A program made the translations under genes and the position numbers. 32,000 nt of DNA from Mycobacterium tuberculosis H37Rv (GTDB taxonomy: Bacteria > Actinomycetota > Actinomycetes > Mycobacteriales > Mycobacteriaceae): the NCBI RefSeq assembly GCF_000195955.2, contig NC_000962.3, forward strand, positions 4,170,001-4,202,000, read 5' to 3'. Positions 8,285 to 16,633 of this stretch are shown piece after piece (the stretch's first letter is position 1; each line of letters starts with the position of its first letter). Below the pieces are notes generated by a model. It was not told where the DNA came from. It saw only the letters and a program-made list of their open reading frames with translations, and searched no databases.

Positions 8285-10615
8285 ATGTTCGTCGAATACA
8301 CCAAGAGCATCTGCCCCGTCTGCAAGGTCGTGGTCGACGCCCAGGTCAATATCCGCCACGACAAGGTGTATTTGCGTAAGCGCTGCCGCGAGCACGGAAG
8401 TTTCGAGGCCCTGGTGTACGGGGATGCCCAGATGTATTTGGAATCAGCACGATTCAACAAACCGGGCACCTTTCCGCTGCGGTTTCAGACCGAGGTGCGC
8501 GACGGCTGTCCCAGTGACTGCGGGCTGTGCCCGGACCACAAGCAACACGCCTGCCTGGGGTTGATCGAGGTCAACACACACTGCAACCTGGACTGCCCGA
8601 TCTGTTTCGCCGACTCTGGCCACCAACCCGACGGCTACGCCATCACCGCGGCGCAGTGTGAACGGATGCTCGACACGCTCGTTGCCGCCGAGGGTGAACC
8701 CGAAGTGGTGATGTTCTCCGGTGGCGAACCGACCATCCACAAACAACTCCTCGAGTTCGTCGACGCCGCCCAGGCCCGCCCGGTCAAGACCGTCATCATC
8801 AACACCAACGGCATCCGGCTGGCCTCCGACCGGCGATTCGTCGACCAGCTCGCCACCCGCAACCGTCCCGGCCACCCCGTGCACATCTACCTGCAGTTCG
8901 ACGGCCTGGACGAGGCAACACATCGTCGAATCCGGGGCCACGATCTGCGGGACGTAAAGCAGCGGGCCCTGGACAACTGCGCCGCGGCGGGCCTGACCGT
9001 CAGCCTGGTGGCCGCGGTGGAACGCGGCCTCAACGAGCACGAGCTCGGCGCGGTCATCCGCCACGGCATGGCGCAGCCCGGAGTGCAACCGGTGGTATTT
9101 CAGCCGGTCACCCACGCCGGCCGGCATGTGCAGTTCGACCCGCTGACCCGACTGACCAACTCCGACATCATCGCCTGCATCACCGCGCAACTGCCCGAAT
9201 GGTTCAGGCCCGGTGACTTCTTTCCGGTGCCATGCTGCTTCCCCAGCTGCCGATCGATCACCTACCTGCTCACCGACGGGGAGCATGTGGTCCCGATTCC
9301 GCGGCTGCTCAATGTCGAGGACTACCTCGACTACGTCTCCAACCGGGTGATCCCTGACCTGGCGATCCGCGAAGCCTTGGAGAACTTGTGGTCGGCGTCG
9401 GCGGTGCCAGGCACCGACACCATGACCGCACAGCTACAGCGGGCTACCGCCGCCCTGAACTGCGCCGAGGGCTGCGGGATCAACCTGCCCGAGGCCCTCA
9501 CGCACCTCACCGACCGGGTCTTCGCCATCGTCATCCAAGACTTCCAGGATCCCTACACCCTCAACGTCAAACAGCTGATGAAATGCTGCGTGCAACAGAT
9601 CACCCCGGACGGACGGCTGATCCCGTTCTGCGCCTACAACTCGGTCGGCTATCGAGAGCAGGTGCGTGAACAGCTCACCGGGGTACCGGTACCCGACATT
9701 GTGCCCAATGCCATCCCACTCGCCGGGTTGCTGGCGGACGCACCACACGGATCAAAACAGGCCAATACCGGTGGGAGTATCGCCAGGCTCGCGGGGCCAA
9801 CCCGAGGTGCGCCGATGGCACTGCCACCACAGCAGATCAAAGCGTGTTGCGCCGACGCCTATTCCCGCGACATCGTCGCCTTGCTACTCGGTGACTCCTT
9901 TCACCCGGGCGGCGCGACATTGACCCGTAGGTTGGCTGACCAACTCGGGCTGAGGTCGACAGGCGACCCGCGGCGGGTCGCCGACATCGCCGCCGGGCCC
10001 GGCGCCTCCGCACGGCTGCTGGCCAGCGACTACGGTGTGGCTGTCGACGGGGTCGACATCAGCGAGATCAACGTGAAGCGCGCCCAAGCCGCCGTCGCGC
10101 AAACCGGCCTGACCGAGCGGGTGCGCTTCCACCTGGGCGACGCCGAATCAGTCCCGTTGCCCGACGACACATTCGACGCGCTGGTGTGCGAGTGCGCGTT
10201 CTGCACATTCCCGGACAAGAACGCCGCCGCCCAGCAGTTCGCTCGGATTCTGCGTCCTGGTGGCCTGGCCGGCATCACCGATGTCACTGTCGGGGACGGC
10301 GGCCTGCCGGCGGAGCTGACCCCATTGGCCGCGTGGGTCGCCTGCATCGCCGACGCCCGAACCGTCACCGACTACACCGACATCCTCGAAGGGGCCGGAT
10401 TGCGCACCCGCCACATCGAGTCTCATGACGAGAGCCTGCTGGACATGATCGACCGCATCGACGCGCGGATCACCGCCTTGCACGTCGCCGCACCGGAGAT
10501 CCTCGCCGACAACGGCATTCGCCACGACTCGGTGCGCGATTTCACAGCGCTCGCACGCGCCGCGGTACAAACCGGACGAATCGGATACACGTTGATGATC
10601 GCGGAAAAGCCGTGA
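8285..10615 (+). CDS. Radical SAM enzyme fused to a class I SAM-dependent methyltransferase (Rv3729-like)
   Basis: ATG 8285 (alternatives ATG 8249, GTG 8096). The N-terminus has CPVC...CREH, a zinc-ribbon-like motif, then GCPSDCGLCPDHKQHAC. CNLDCPIC, the CxxxCxxC radical-SAM cluster motif, is at 8582-8605. From about 9820 there is KACCADAYS...HPGG and RVADIAAGPGASARLL (MTase motif I), then LRPGGLAGITDV. Confidence 0.85.
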   Translation: MFVEYTKSICPVCKVVVDAQVNIRHDKVYLRKRCREHGSFEALVYGDAQMYLESARFNKPGTFPLRFQTEVRDGCPSDCGLCPDHKQHACLGLIEVNTHCNLDCPICFADSGHQPDGYAITAAQCERMLDTLVAAEGEPEVVMFSGGEPTIHKQLLEFVDAAQARPVKTVIINTNGIRLASDRRFVDQLATRNRPGHPVHIYLQFDGLDEATHRRIRGHDLRDVKQRALDNCAAAGLTVSLVAAVERGLNEHELGAVIRHGMAQPGVQPVVFQPVTHAGRHVQFDPLTRLTNSDIIACITAQLPEWFRPGDFFPVPCCFPSCRSITYLLTDGEHVVPIPRLLNVEDYLDYVSNRVIPDLAIREALENLWSASAVPGTDTMTAQLQRATAALNCAEGCGINLPEALTHLTDRVFAIVIQDFQDPYTLNVKQLMKCCVQQITPDGRLIPFCAYNSVGYREQVREQLTGVPVPDIVPNAIPLAGLLADAPHGSKQANTGGSIARLAGPTRGAPMALPPQQIKACCADAYSRDIVALLLGDSFHPGGATLTRRLADQLGLRSTGDPRRVADIAAGPGASARLLASDYGVAVDGVDISEINVKRAQAAVAQTGLTERVRFHLGDAESVPLPDDTFDALVCECAFCTFPDKNAAAQQFARILRPGGLAGITDVTVGDGGLPAELTPLAAWVACIADARTVTDYTDILEGAGLRTRHIESHDESLLDMIDRIDARITALHVAAPEILADNGIRHDSVRDFTALARAAVQTGRIGYTLMIAEKP

Positions 10616-10679
10616 TAATCCAGGAAATGTGGGACAGACCAATCGCATTTCCCGCATCTGAGGAGCGAGCCGCACCGCG

Positions 10680-11720
10680 TTACTTCGACGTGTTTCCCCC
10701 CTTCAAGTCGGTATCCCGGCTCGGCTGCACCCGCTTGGGTTCGCCCGGCATCTTCGGATAGTTCGGCGGATACGGCATGTCACCGAGCCCGCGCTCCTCG
10801 TCGGCGGCGGCCAAGTCCAGCAATGGTGCAATCGACTGGGCCACGTCGTCCATGCCGGCCCAGGGGTCGTCGCGGATCTTCACCAGCTCGGGCACCGTGG
10901 TCATGGTGTAGTCGTCGGGATCCGCGCCGGCCAGCTCTTCCCAGGTCAACGGCATCGATACCGTCGCGATCGGGGTAGGACGCACCGAATAGGCCGACGC
11001 CATGGTGCGGTCGCGGGCGTTTTGGTTGAAGTCGATGAAGATACGCGCGCCCCGTTCTTCCTTCCACCACGACGTCGTCACCGCATCCGGTGCGCGGCGC
11101 TCGACTTCCCGGGCCAACGCAATGCCCGCCCGACGCACCTCGACGAAGTCCCAGTCGGTGGCGATGCGCAGGAATACGTGAATCCCTCTACCCCCGGATG
11201 TCTTCGGATAACCGACCAGACCGAGGTCGTCCAGCACGGACCGGAGCACATCGACGGCGACCGTACGCGCCTCCACGAAGCCGGTGCCCGGTTGCGGATC
11301 TAGATCGATGCGCAATTCGTCGGGGTGCTCGGTGTCGGGGCAGCGCACTTGCCACGGGTGCAGGGTGATTGTGCCCATCTGCGCCGCCCATACGATCGCC
11401 GCCGGGTGGGTCACCTTCAGCGCGTCAGCCATCCGCCCCGACGGAAACGTCACCCGGCACGTCTGCAGGTAGTCAGGGCGGTGCCGCGGGATCCGCTTTT
11501 GGTAGATCTGCTCGCCGTCGACGCCGTCCGGGAAGCGCTGCAAGTGCGTCGGCCGGTCACGCAGCGCCGTCAGCATCGGACCCCCGGCCACGGCGAAGTA
11601 GTACTCAACGAGGCGGCGCTTGGTGCCGTGCGACCCCAGCTTCGGGAAATACATCCTGTCCGGGCTAGTCAACCGCACCGCGATGCCGTCGACGTCGAGT
11701 TCCTCAGCTGCCGCCGCCAT
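10680..11720 (-). CDS. Stand-alone LigD-polymerase-domain / AEP primase-polymerase (Prim-PolC-like, Rv3730c-like)
   Basis: The ATG is the reverse complement of cat 11718-11720, giving MAAAAEELDVDGIAVRLTSPDRMYFPKLG. Motifs RIDLDP (metal-binding DxD), TSGGRGIHVF and IFIDFNQNARDRT are typical of NHEJ polymerase domains. Length 346 aa. Confidence 0.88.
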   Translation of the reverse strand: MAAAAEELDVDGIAVRLTSPDRMYFPKLGSHGTKRRLVEYYFAVAGGPMLTALRDRPTHLQRFPDGVDGEQIYQKRIPRHRPDYLQTCRVTFPSGRMADALKVTHPAAIVWAAQMGTITLHPWQVRCPDTEHPDELRIDLDPQPGTGFVEARTVAVDVLRSVLDDLGLVGYPKTSGGRGIHVFLRIATDWDFVEVRRAGIALAREVERRAPDAVTTSWWKEERGARIFIDFNQNARDRTMASAYSVRPTPIATVSMPLTWEELAGADPDDYTMTTVPELVKIRDDPWAGMDDVAQSIAPLLDLAAADEERGLGDMPYPPNYPKMPGEPKRVQPSRDTDLKGGNTSK

Positions 11721-11757
11721 ATCGGAATTCCAGCATGCCGCACGCAAGAATGAGCAC

Positions 11758-12834
11758 ATGCAGTTACCCGTCATGCCGCCGGTGTCGCCGATGCTGGCCA
11801 AATCGGTCACCGCAATCCCGCCGGACGCGTCGTATGAACCCAAATGGGACGGATTCCGCTCCATCTGCTTTCGCGACGGTGATCAGGTCGAACTGGGTAG
11901 CCGCAACGAGCGGCCGATGACCCGCTACTTCCCCGAGCTGGTCGCCGCGATCAGGGCCGAGCTGCCGCATCGCTGTGTGATCGACGGGGAGATCATCATC
12001 GCCACCGACCACGGCTTGGACTTCGAGGCGCTGCAACAGCGCATCCATCCTGCCGAGTCGAGGGTGCGAATGCTTGCCGACCGCACACCAGCCTCCTTCA
12101 TCGCATTCGACCTGCTGGCCCTCGGCGACGACGACTACACCGGGCGACCGTTCAGCGAAAGACGAGCCGCTCTGGTCGATGCCGTAACTGGTTCGGGGGC
12201 CGACGCTGACCTGTCGATCCACGTCACCCCGGCAACCACCGACATGGCGACCGCACAACGATGGTTCTCCGAGTTCGAGGGGGCCGGTCTAGACGGTGTC
12301 ATCGCCAAACCGCCGCACATCACCTATCAACCGGACAAACGCGTTATGTTCAAGATCAAACACCTGCGGACCGCCGATTGCGTGGTGGCCGGCTACCGGG
12401 TGCACAAGTCCGGCAGTGACGCGATCGGCTCACTGCTGCTAGGGCTTTACCAGGAGGACGGCCAACTCGCGTCGGTCGGCGTGATCGGCGCGTTCCCCAT
12501 GGCCGAACGACGCCGGCTATTAACCGAGCTGCAGCCGCTGGTCACCAGCTTCGACGACCACCCATGGAACTGGGCCGCCCACGTTGCCGGCCAGCGCACC
12601 CCACGTAAGAACGAGTTCTCCCGCTGGAATGTCGGCAAAGACCTGTCGTTCGTGCCGCTGCGACCCGAGCGGGTGGTCGAGGTCCGCTACGACCGCATGG
12701 AAGGCGCGCGGTTCCGCCACACCGCACAGTTCAACCGGTGGCGCCCCGACCGCGACCCACGCTCATGCAGCTATGCCCAGCTCGAACGCCCGCTCACCGT
12801 CAGCCTCTCCGACATTGTGCCGGGCCTACGCTAA
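11758..12834 (+). CDS. ligC: ATP-dependent DNA ligase C
   Basis: ATG 11758 gives MQLPVMPPVSPMLAKS. The adenylation motif YEPKWDGFR (KxDG) is present, plus later ligase/OB-fold motifs (FDLL, DGVIAK, MFKIKH). Length 358 aa. It is divergent from the Prim-Pol gene with only 37 bp between the start codons. Confidence 0.92.
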   Translation: MQLPVMPPVSPMLAKSVTAIPPDASYEPKWDGFRSICFRDGDQVELGSRNERPMTRYFPELVAAIRAELPHRCVIDGEIIIATDHGLDFEALQQRIHPAESRVRMLADRTPASFIAFDLLALGDDDYTGRPFSERRAALVDAVTGSGADADLSIHVTPATTDMATAQRWFSEFEGAGLDGVIAKPPHITYQPDKRVMFKIKHLRTADCVVAGYRVHKSGSDAIGSLLLGLYQEDGQLASVGVIGAFPMAERRRLLTELQPLVTSFDDHPWNWAAHVAGQRTPRKNEFSRWNVGKDLSFVPLRPERVVEVRYDRMEGARFRHTAQFNRWRPDRDPRSCSYAQLERPLTVSLSDIVPGLR

Positions 12835-12933
12835 GGTGCGACCCTCTTCGGTCAGTTGATCCCCGGTGGGCCGATCGGCTCGGGCGCCACATCCGGGTCG
12901 GTTCGTTGCGTTCGGCCGCGTAACATCTGCGGC

Positions 12934-13992
12934 ATGGCGGTGCTGCCCGCGTGCCGGTTGGGACTTGTCGTCTGTGTGGCGACCGCAGTGATCACAGCAA
13001 CCATGGTGTTGGCTACGCCGAGCTATGCATGCGCCTGCGGTGCCGCGGTCACAGCACATGGCTCCCAAGCAACTTTGAATCATGAAGTCGCGCTGCTTCA
13101 TTGGGACGGGACGACCGAGACGATCGTCATGCAGCTGGCAATGAACGCCGATACCGACAACGTTGCCTTGGTAGTGCCCACCCCGACGCCGGCGATAGTT
13201 ACAACCGCGGACCAGTCCACGTTCGGCGAGCTGGACACGCTCAGTGCGCCGTTGATCGAGCATCAGCGACATTGGAGCTTAAGGCGCGGTGTCGGTGCCT
13301 CCGGTCCCCAGGAGGCCGCCGCCCGGGCCCCGCATGTGCTCAACCAGGTTCGCCTTGGCCCGCTGGAGGCCACCACCTTGACCGGCGGGGATCTGAGCGG
13401 CCTGCAGACTTGGTTGTCTGACAACGGCTATGCGATTCGACCGGCGGTGTCAGCGGCGCTGGATCCCTACGTGCGTGACGGATGGGCGTTCGTGGCGATC
13501 CGGCTGACCAGCACCGACCTGATAGTGGGCGGGCTCGATCCGGTGCGGATGACCTTCCGATCGTCGCGGTTGGTGTATCCCATGCGGCTATCGGTCGCCG
13601 CCCAGGAGCCGCAACATGTCACCATCTTCACCCTGTCCGATCACCGGCAGCAGCGCACCGACGCCGACGCTGCCACACAGACAACCCACGTCCGGTTCGC
13701 GGGCGACATGTCCACTGCGGTTCGTGACCCTCTGTTGCGCGAGCTGATCGGCAACCACGGCTCATATCTGACCAAGGTCGAGGTGGACATCTATCAGACA
13801 TCGCGAATCTCTTCGGATTTCACGTTCGGCAACGCACCAAACGACGATCCGTACCGGCAGGTGGTCACCGTTTACGACGATGTCGCACTCCCCCCGCTGC
13901 TGCTGGTGGTCGTGTCGGCGATCGCGGTGGGCGCGGCGGGCGGGGCCGTTGTGGTGGTTCTGCGGCGACGGCGGCGCGCCCACACTGGGTAG
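12934..13992 (+). CDS. Secreted/membrane-anchored conserved protein (DUF2330-like, Rv3732-like)
   Basis: ATG 12934. It has an N-terminal signal-like hydrophobic segment ending ...ATPSYACACG and a C-terminal TM helix followed by RRRRRAHTG. The family assignment is from memory of the orthologue. Confidence 0.75.
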   Translation: MAVLPACRLGLVVCVATAVITATMVLATPSYACACGAAVTAHGSQATLNHEVALLHWDGTTETIVMQLAMNADTDNVALVVPTPTPAIVTTADQSTFGELDTLSAPLIEHQRHWSLRRGVGASGPQEAAARAPHVLNQVRLGPLEATTLTGGDLSGLQTWLSDNGYAIRPAVSAALDPYVRDGWAFVAIRLTSTDLIVGGLDPVRMTFRSSRLVYPMRLSVAAQEPQHVTIFTLSDHRQQRTDADAATQTTHVRFAGDMSTAVRDPLLRELIGNHGSYLTKVEVDIYQTSRISSDFTFGNAPNDDPYRQVVTVYDDVALPPLLLVVVSAIAVGAAGGAVVVVLRRRRRAHTG

Positions 13993-14011
13993 TCCGCCAC
14001 GGTGAGGGCGC

Positions 14012-14512
14012 TCAGCGAGGCAGGGATTCTGGTCCTTCAGACAAACCCGCCACGGCCGGGTGCGCCATCAACCGGTCGAGAAAACCCCGCTGCCCCTTGA
14101 GCAGTTTGGTGCGTGCCCGCGCTACCGGAAACCAGCTCACCCGGTCGACCTCGGGGAACTTACGCATCTTGCCCGAGCCCTTCGGCCAGTCCAATTCGAA
14201 GGTGCTGCTTCGTGCGTCGGTGATGTCCAGATCCGCCCGGACACCGAACACGGTCACCACCTTGCCGCCGGACTGTTTCAGCGACCCGAAGTCGATTCGC
14301 GGCCCGTCAGGCACGCACAACCCGATCTCCTCGGAGAACTCGCGCCGGGCGGCCAGCCACGGATCTTCGCCGCCGGTGTATTCGCCCTTCGGGATCGACC
14401 AAGCGCCGTCGTCCTTTCCCGCCCAAAACGGGCCGCCCGGATGCGCCAGAAGGACGTCGACGACACCGGCGCGCGCCCGATACAGCAGCACACCCGCGCT
14501 GAGCTTGGGCAT
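14012..14512 (-). CDS. Nudix hydrolase family protein (Rv3733c-like)
   Basis: 166-aa ORF with the Nudix box GEYTGGEDPWLAARREFSEEIGL (Gx5Ex7REUxEExGU). Its start lies 13 nt downstream of the tgs2 stop, so it is probably co-transcribed. Confidence 0.88.
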   Translation of the reverse strand: MPKLSAGVLLYRARAGVVDVLLAHPGGPFWAGKDDGAWSIPKGEYTGGEDPWLAARREFSEEIGLCVPDGPRIDFGSLKQSGGKVVTVFGVRADLDITDARSSTFELDWPKGSGKMRKFPEVDRVSWFPVARARTKLLKGQRGFLDRLMAHPAVAGLSEGPESLPR

Positions 14513-14525
14513 GAGTACGGGTTCT

Positions 14526-15890
14526 TTAGATCCCGACGGCCTGTTCCAGATCCTTCAGCGACGATTCCAGGTGCGCAAGCAGCCGCTGCAAGTGGGGCAC
14601 ACTGCGACGGCACCCGACCAGTCCGAAGTCGAGATTCCCAGCATTGTTCACCAGGGTGATGTTCAACGCTTGACCGTCCGGGATGTTCGACAATGGGTAA
14701 CTACCGTCAAGCCGGGCCGTGCCGTAGTAGAGCGGGTCTACCGGCCCCGGCACATTCGAGATGACGATGTTGAACGGTGGCGGCACTGCCGACAAGAAAC
14801 CCGGTACACCCGCCAACGTCAGCGGCGCCATATTCAATGCCGACAATGCAAGCACCTGCAGCTGCGGCAATTCGGAGAGCACTTTCTTGTTGCCGTCCAT
14901 GGACGCGCTGATGGTCTGAATCCGTTGCGCTGGGTCGTCGACATGGGTGGCGAGATTGCACAGGACGCTGCCGACCAAGTTGCCGCCGGCGTCAGCGTCC
15001 TCTTTGGAGCGTAGGCTCACCGGAACCATCGCGATCAGCGGTCTGTCCGGCAGCGCATTCCGCTCTATCAGGTAGTAGCGCAACGCACCGGCACACATCG
15101 CCAGGACGGCGTCGTTGACGGTCACACCGGCGGCCTGCTTGACGCTCTTGATCCGGTCCAGCGACCAGGACTGCGCAGCGCACCGGCGGGCTCCCCCGAC
15201 CTTGACGTTGAACATGCTGTGTGGCGCCGCGAACGGCAGCGTCAACTGCTGCTCGAGTAGCGCCGCACGAGCCAGCTTCAGCGTCGACGGTGCAAGTCCG
15301 ACAACGGATCCCGCCATCTTGAACAGCGCATCCAACAGTGACGAGCCGTCCGATGGCGGGCGCGTACGTGGGCGCGGAGGCAGGTTCCAGATGGCGCGCA
15401 CCTCGGCGTCGTCCGGGTCAGCCGACAGCGTGCGCTGCGCCAGCTTCATCGCCGAAACACCGTCGATCAGGGCGTGGTGCATTTTGGTGTACATAGCAAA
15501 CCGGCCGTCGTTCAGCCCCTCCACCACGTGCAGCTCCCACAGCGGGCGGTGGCGATCGAGCAGGCTGGTATGCAGCCTTGAGGTCAGCTCGAGCAGATCG
15601 CGGACTCGTCCTGGCGAGGGCAGCGCCGAGCGGCGAACGTGGTAATCGATGTCGATGTCGTCGTCATAAGCCCATGCCACACGGGCGATTCCACCCCCGA
15701 TCGTCGCAGGGTGCTTTCGGAACATGGGCTGGAATTCGTCGTTGGCAACCAAACGCTCGGTGAACTCACGGACGAACTCAGGACCAGCTCCCTGCGGTGG
15801 CTCGAACAACGACAAGCCACCCACATGCATGGGGTGTTCACGAGATTCAATGAAAAGAAACATCGAGTCGTTGGGCATCATCAGATCCAT
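14526..15890 (-). CDS. tgs2: Wax ester synthase/diacylglycerol acyltransferase (triacylglycerol synthase)
   Basis: The ATG is the reverse complement of cat 15888-15890, giving MDLMMPNDSMFLFIESREHPMHVGGL. The catalytic HHALIDGVS (HHxxxDG) motif is present. Length 454 aa. It is a paralogue of the gene at 20833-22188. Confidence 0.9.
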   Translation of the reverse strand: MDLMMPNDSMFLFIESREHPMHVGGLSLFEPPQGAGPEFVREFTERLVANDEFQPMFRKHPATIGGGIARVAWAYDDDIDIDYHVRRSALPSPGRVRDLLELTSRLHTSLLDRHRPLWELHVVEGLNDGRFAMYTKMHHALIDGVSAMKLAQRTLSADPDDAEVRAIWNLPPRPRTRPPSDGSSLLDALFKMAGSVVGLAPSTLKLARAALLEQQLTLPFAAPHSMFNVKVGGARRCAAQSWSLDRIKSVKQAAGVTVNDAVLAMCAGALRYYLIERNALPDRPLIAMVPVSLRSKEDADAGGNLVGSVLCNLATHVDDPAQRIQTISASMDGNKKVLSELPQLQVLALSALNMAPLTLAGVPGFLSAVPPPFNIVISNVPGPVDPLYYGTARLDGSYPLSNIPDGQALNITLVNNAGNLDFGLVGCRRSVPHLQRLLAHLESSLKDLEQAVGI

Positions 15891-15891
15891 G

Positions 15892-15909
15892 CACCCATTA
15901 CACCCATTA
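15892..15909. repeat. Perfect 2 x 9-bp tandem repeat (cacccatta cacccatta) abutting the tgs2 start codon
   Basis: Read directly: 15892-15900 equals 15901-15909. On the coding strand this is TAATGGGTG TAATGGGTG C ATG. Confidence 0.9.
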
Positions 15910-16088
15910 CCGAGTGATCCGGGAAGGCTTCTGTGGTGCCCGAGGTTCGGCAAGTCGCAAGAACATCGCCGCCCAGCTGACTTCGGGATGACAACGCATG
16001 TAGTCCGGAGCGGCTTGAGGTTGCAACGTCGGGTGGGCGAAGTAGTCCGGCTGAGAGGTATTGGTGGCAGCATGGGTTTGTGACCTCA

Positions 16089-16577
16089 ATGTCGTTGGCC
16101 TGGGATGTGGTGTCGGTCGACAAGCCGGACGATGTCAACGTCGTGATCGGCCAGGCGCACTTCATCAAAGCGGTCGAAGACCTGCACGAGGCCATGGTCG
16201 GCGTGAGCCCATCGCTACGGTTCGGGCTCGCCTTTTGCGAGGCTTCCGGGCCCCGGTTGGTTCGACATACCGGCAACGATGGCGATTTGGTCGAACTCGC
16301 GACCCGCACTGCGCTGGCCATCGCGGCCGGGCATAGCTTCGTGATCTTCTTACGTGAGGGGTTTCCCATCAACATCCTCAACCCGGTGCAGGCGGTGCCC
16401 GAGGTCTGCACGATCTACTGCGCCACAGCCAATCCGGTCGACGTTGTCGTCGCGGTGACCCCGCATGGTCGCGGCATCGTGGGTGTTGTCGACGGGCAGA
16501 CCCCTCTGGGAGTGGAGACCGATCGCGACATTGCGCAGCGGCGTGACCTGTTGCGCGCCATCGGTTACAAGCTCTGA
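16089..16577 (+). CDS. Adenosine-specific-kinase-like protein (PF04008-type, Rv3735-like)
   Basis: ATG 16089 gives MSLAWDVVSVDKPDDVNVVIGQAHFIKAVEDLHEA...GIVGVVDG...RRDLLRAIGYKL. Length 162 aa. The family name is recalled, not searched. Confidence 0.75.
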   Translation: MSLAWDVVSVDKPDDVNVVIGQAHFIKAVEDLHEAMVGVSPSLRFGLAFCEASGPRLVRHTGNDGDLVELATRTALAIAAGHSFVIFLREGFPINILNPVQAVPEVCTIYCATANPVDVVVAVTPHGRGIVGVVDGQTPLGVETDRDIAQRRDLLRAIGYKL

Positions 16578-16633
16578 TACGGGCCGCCGGTCCGCCCTTG
16601 ACAGCGGGACGTCCGCCGCAGAGGGTCGACGGC

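Noticed and set aside
10623-10652. Inverted repeat ggaaatg...catttcc between the convergent radical-SAM and Prim-Pol genes, considered as a terminator
   Set aside because: The stem is only 7 bp with a 16-nt loop and no U-tract, which is too weak to call.
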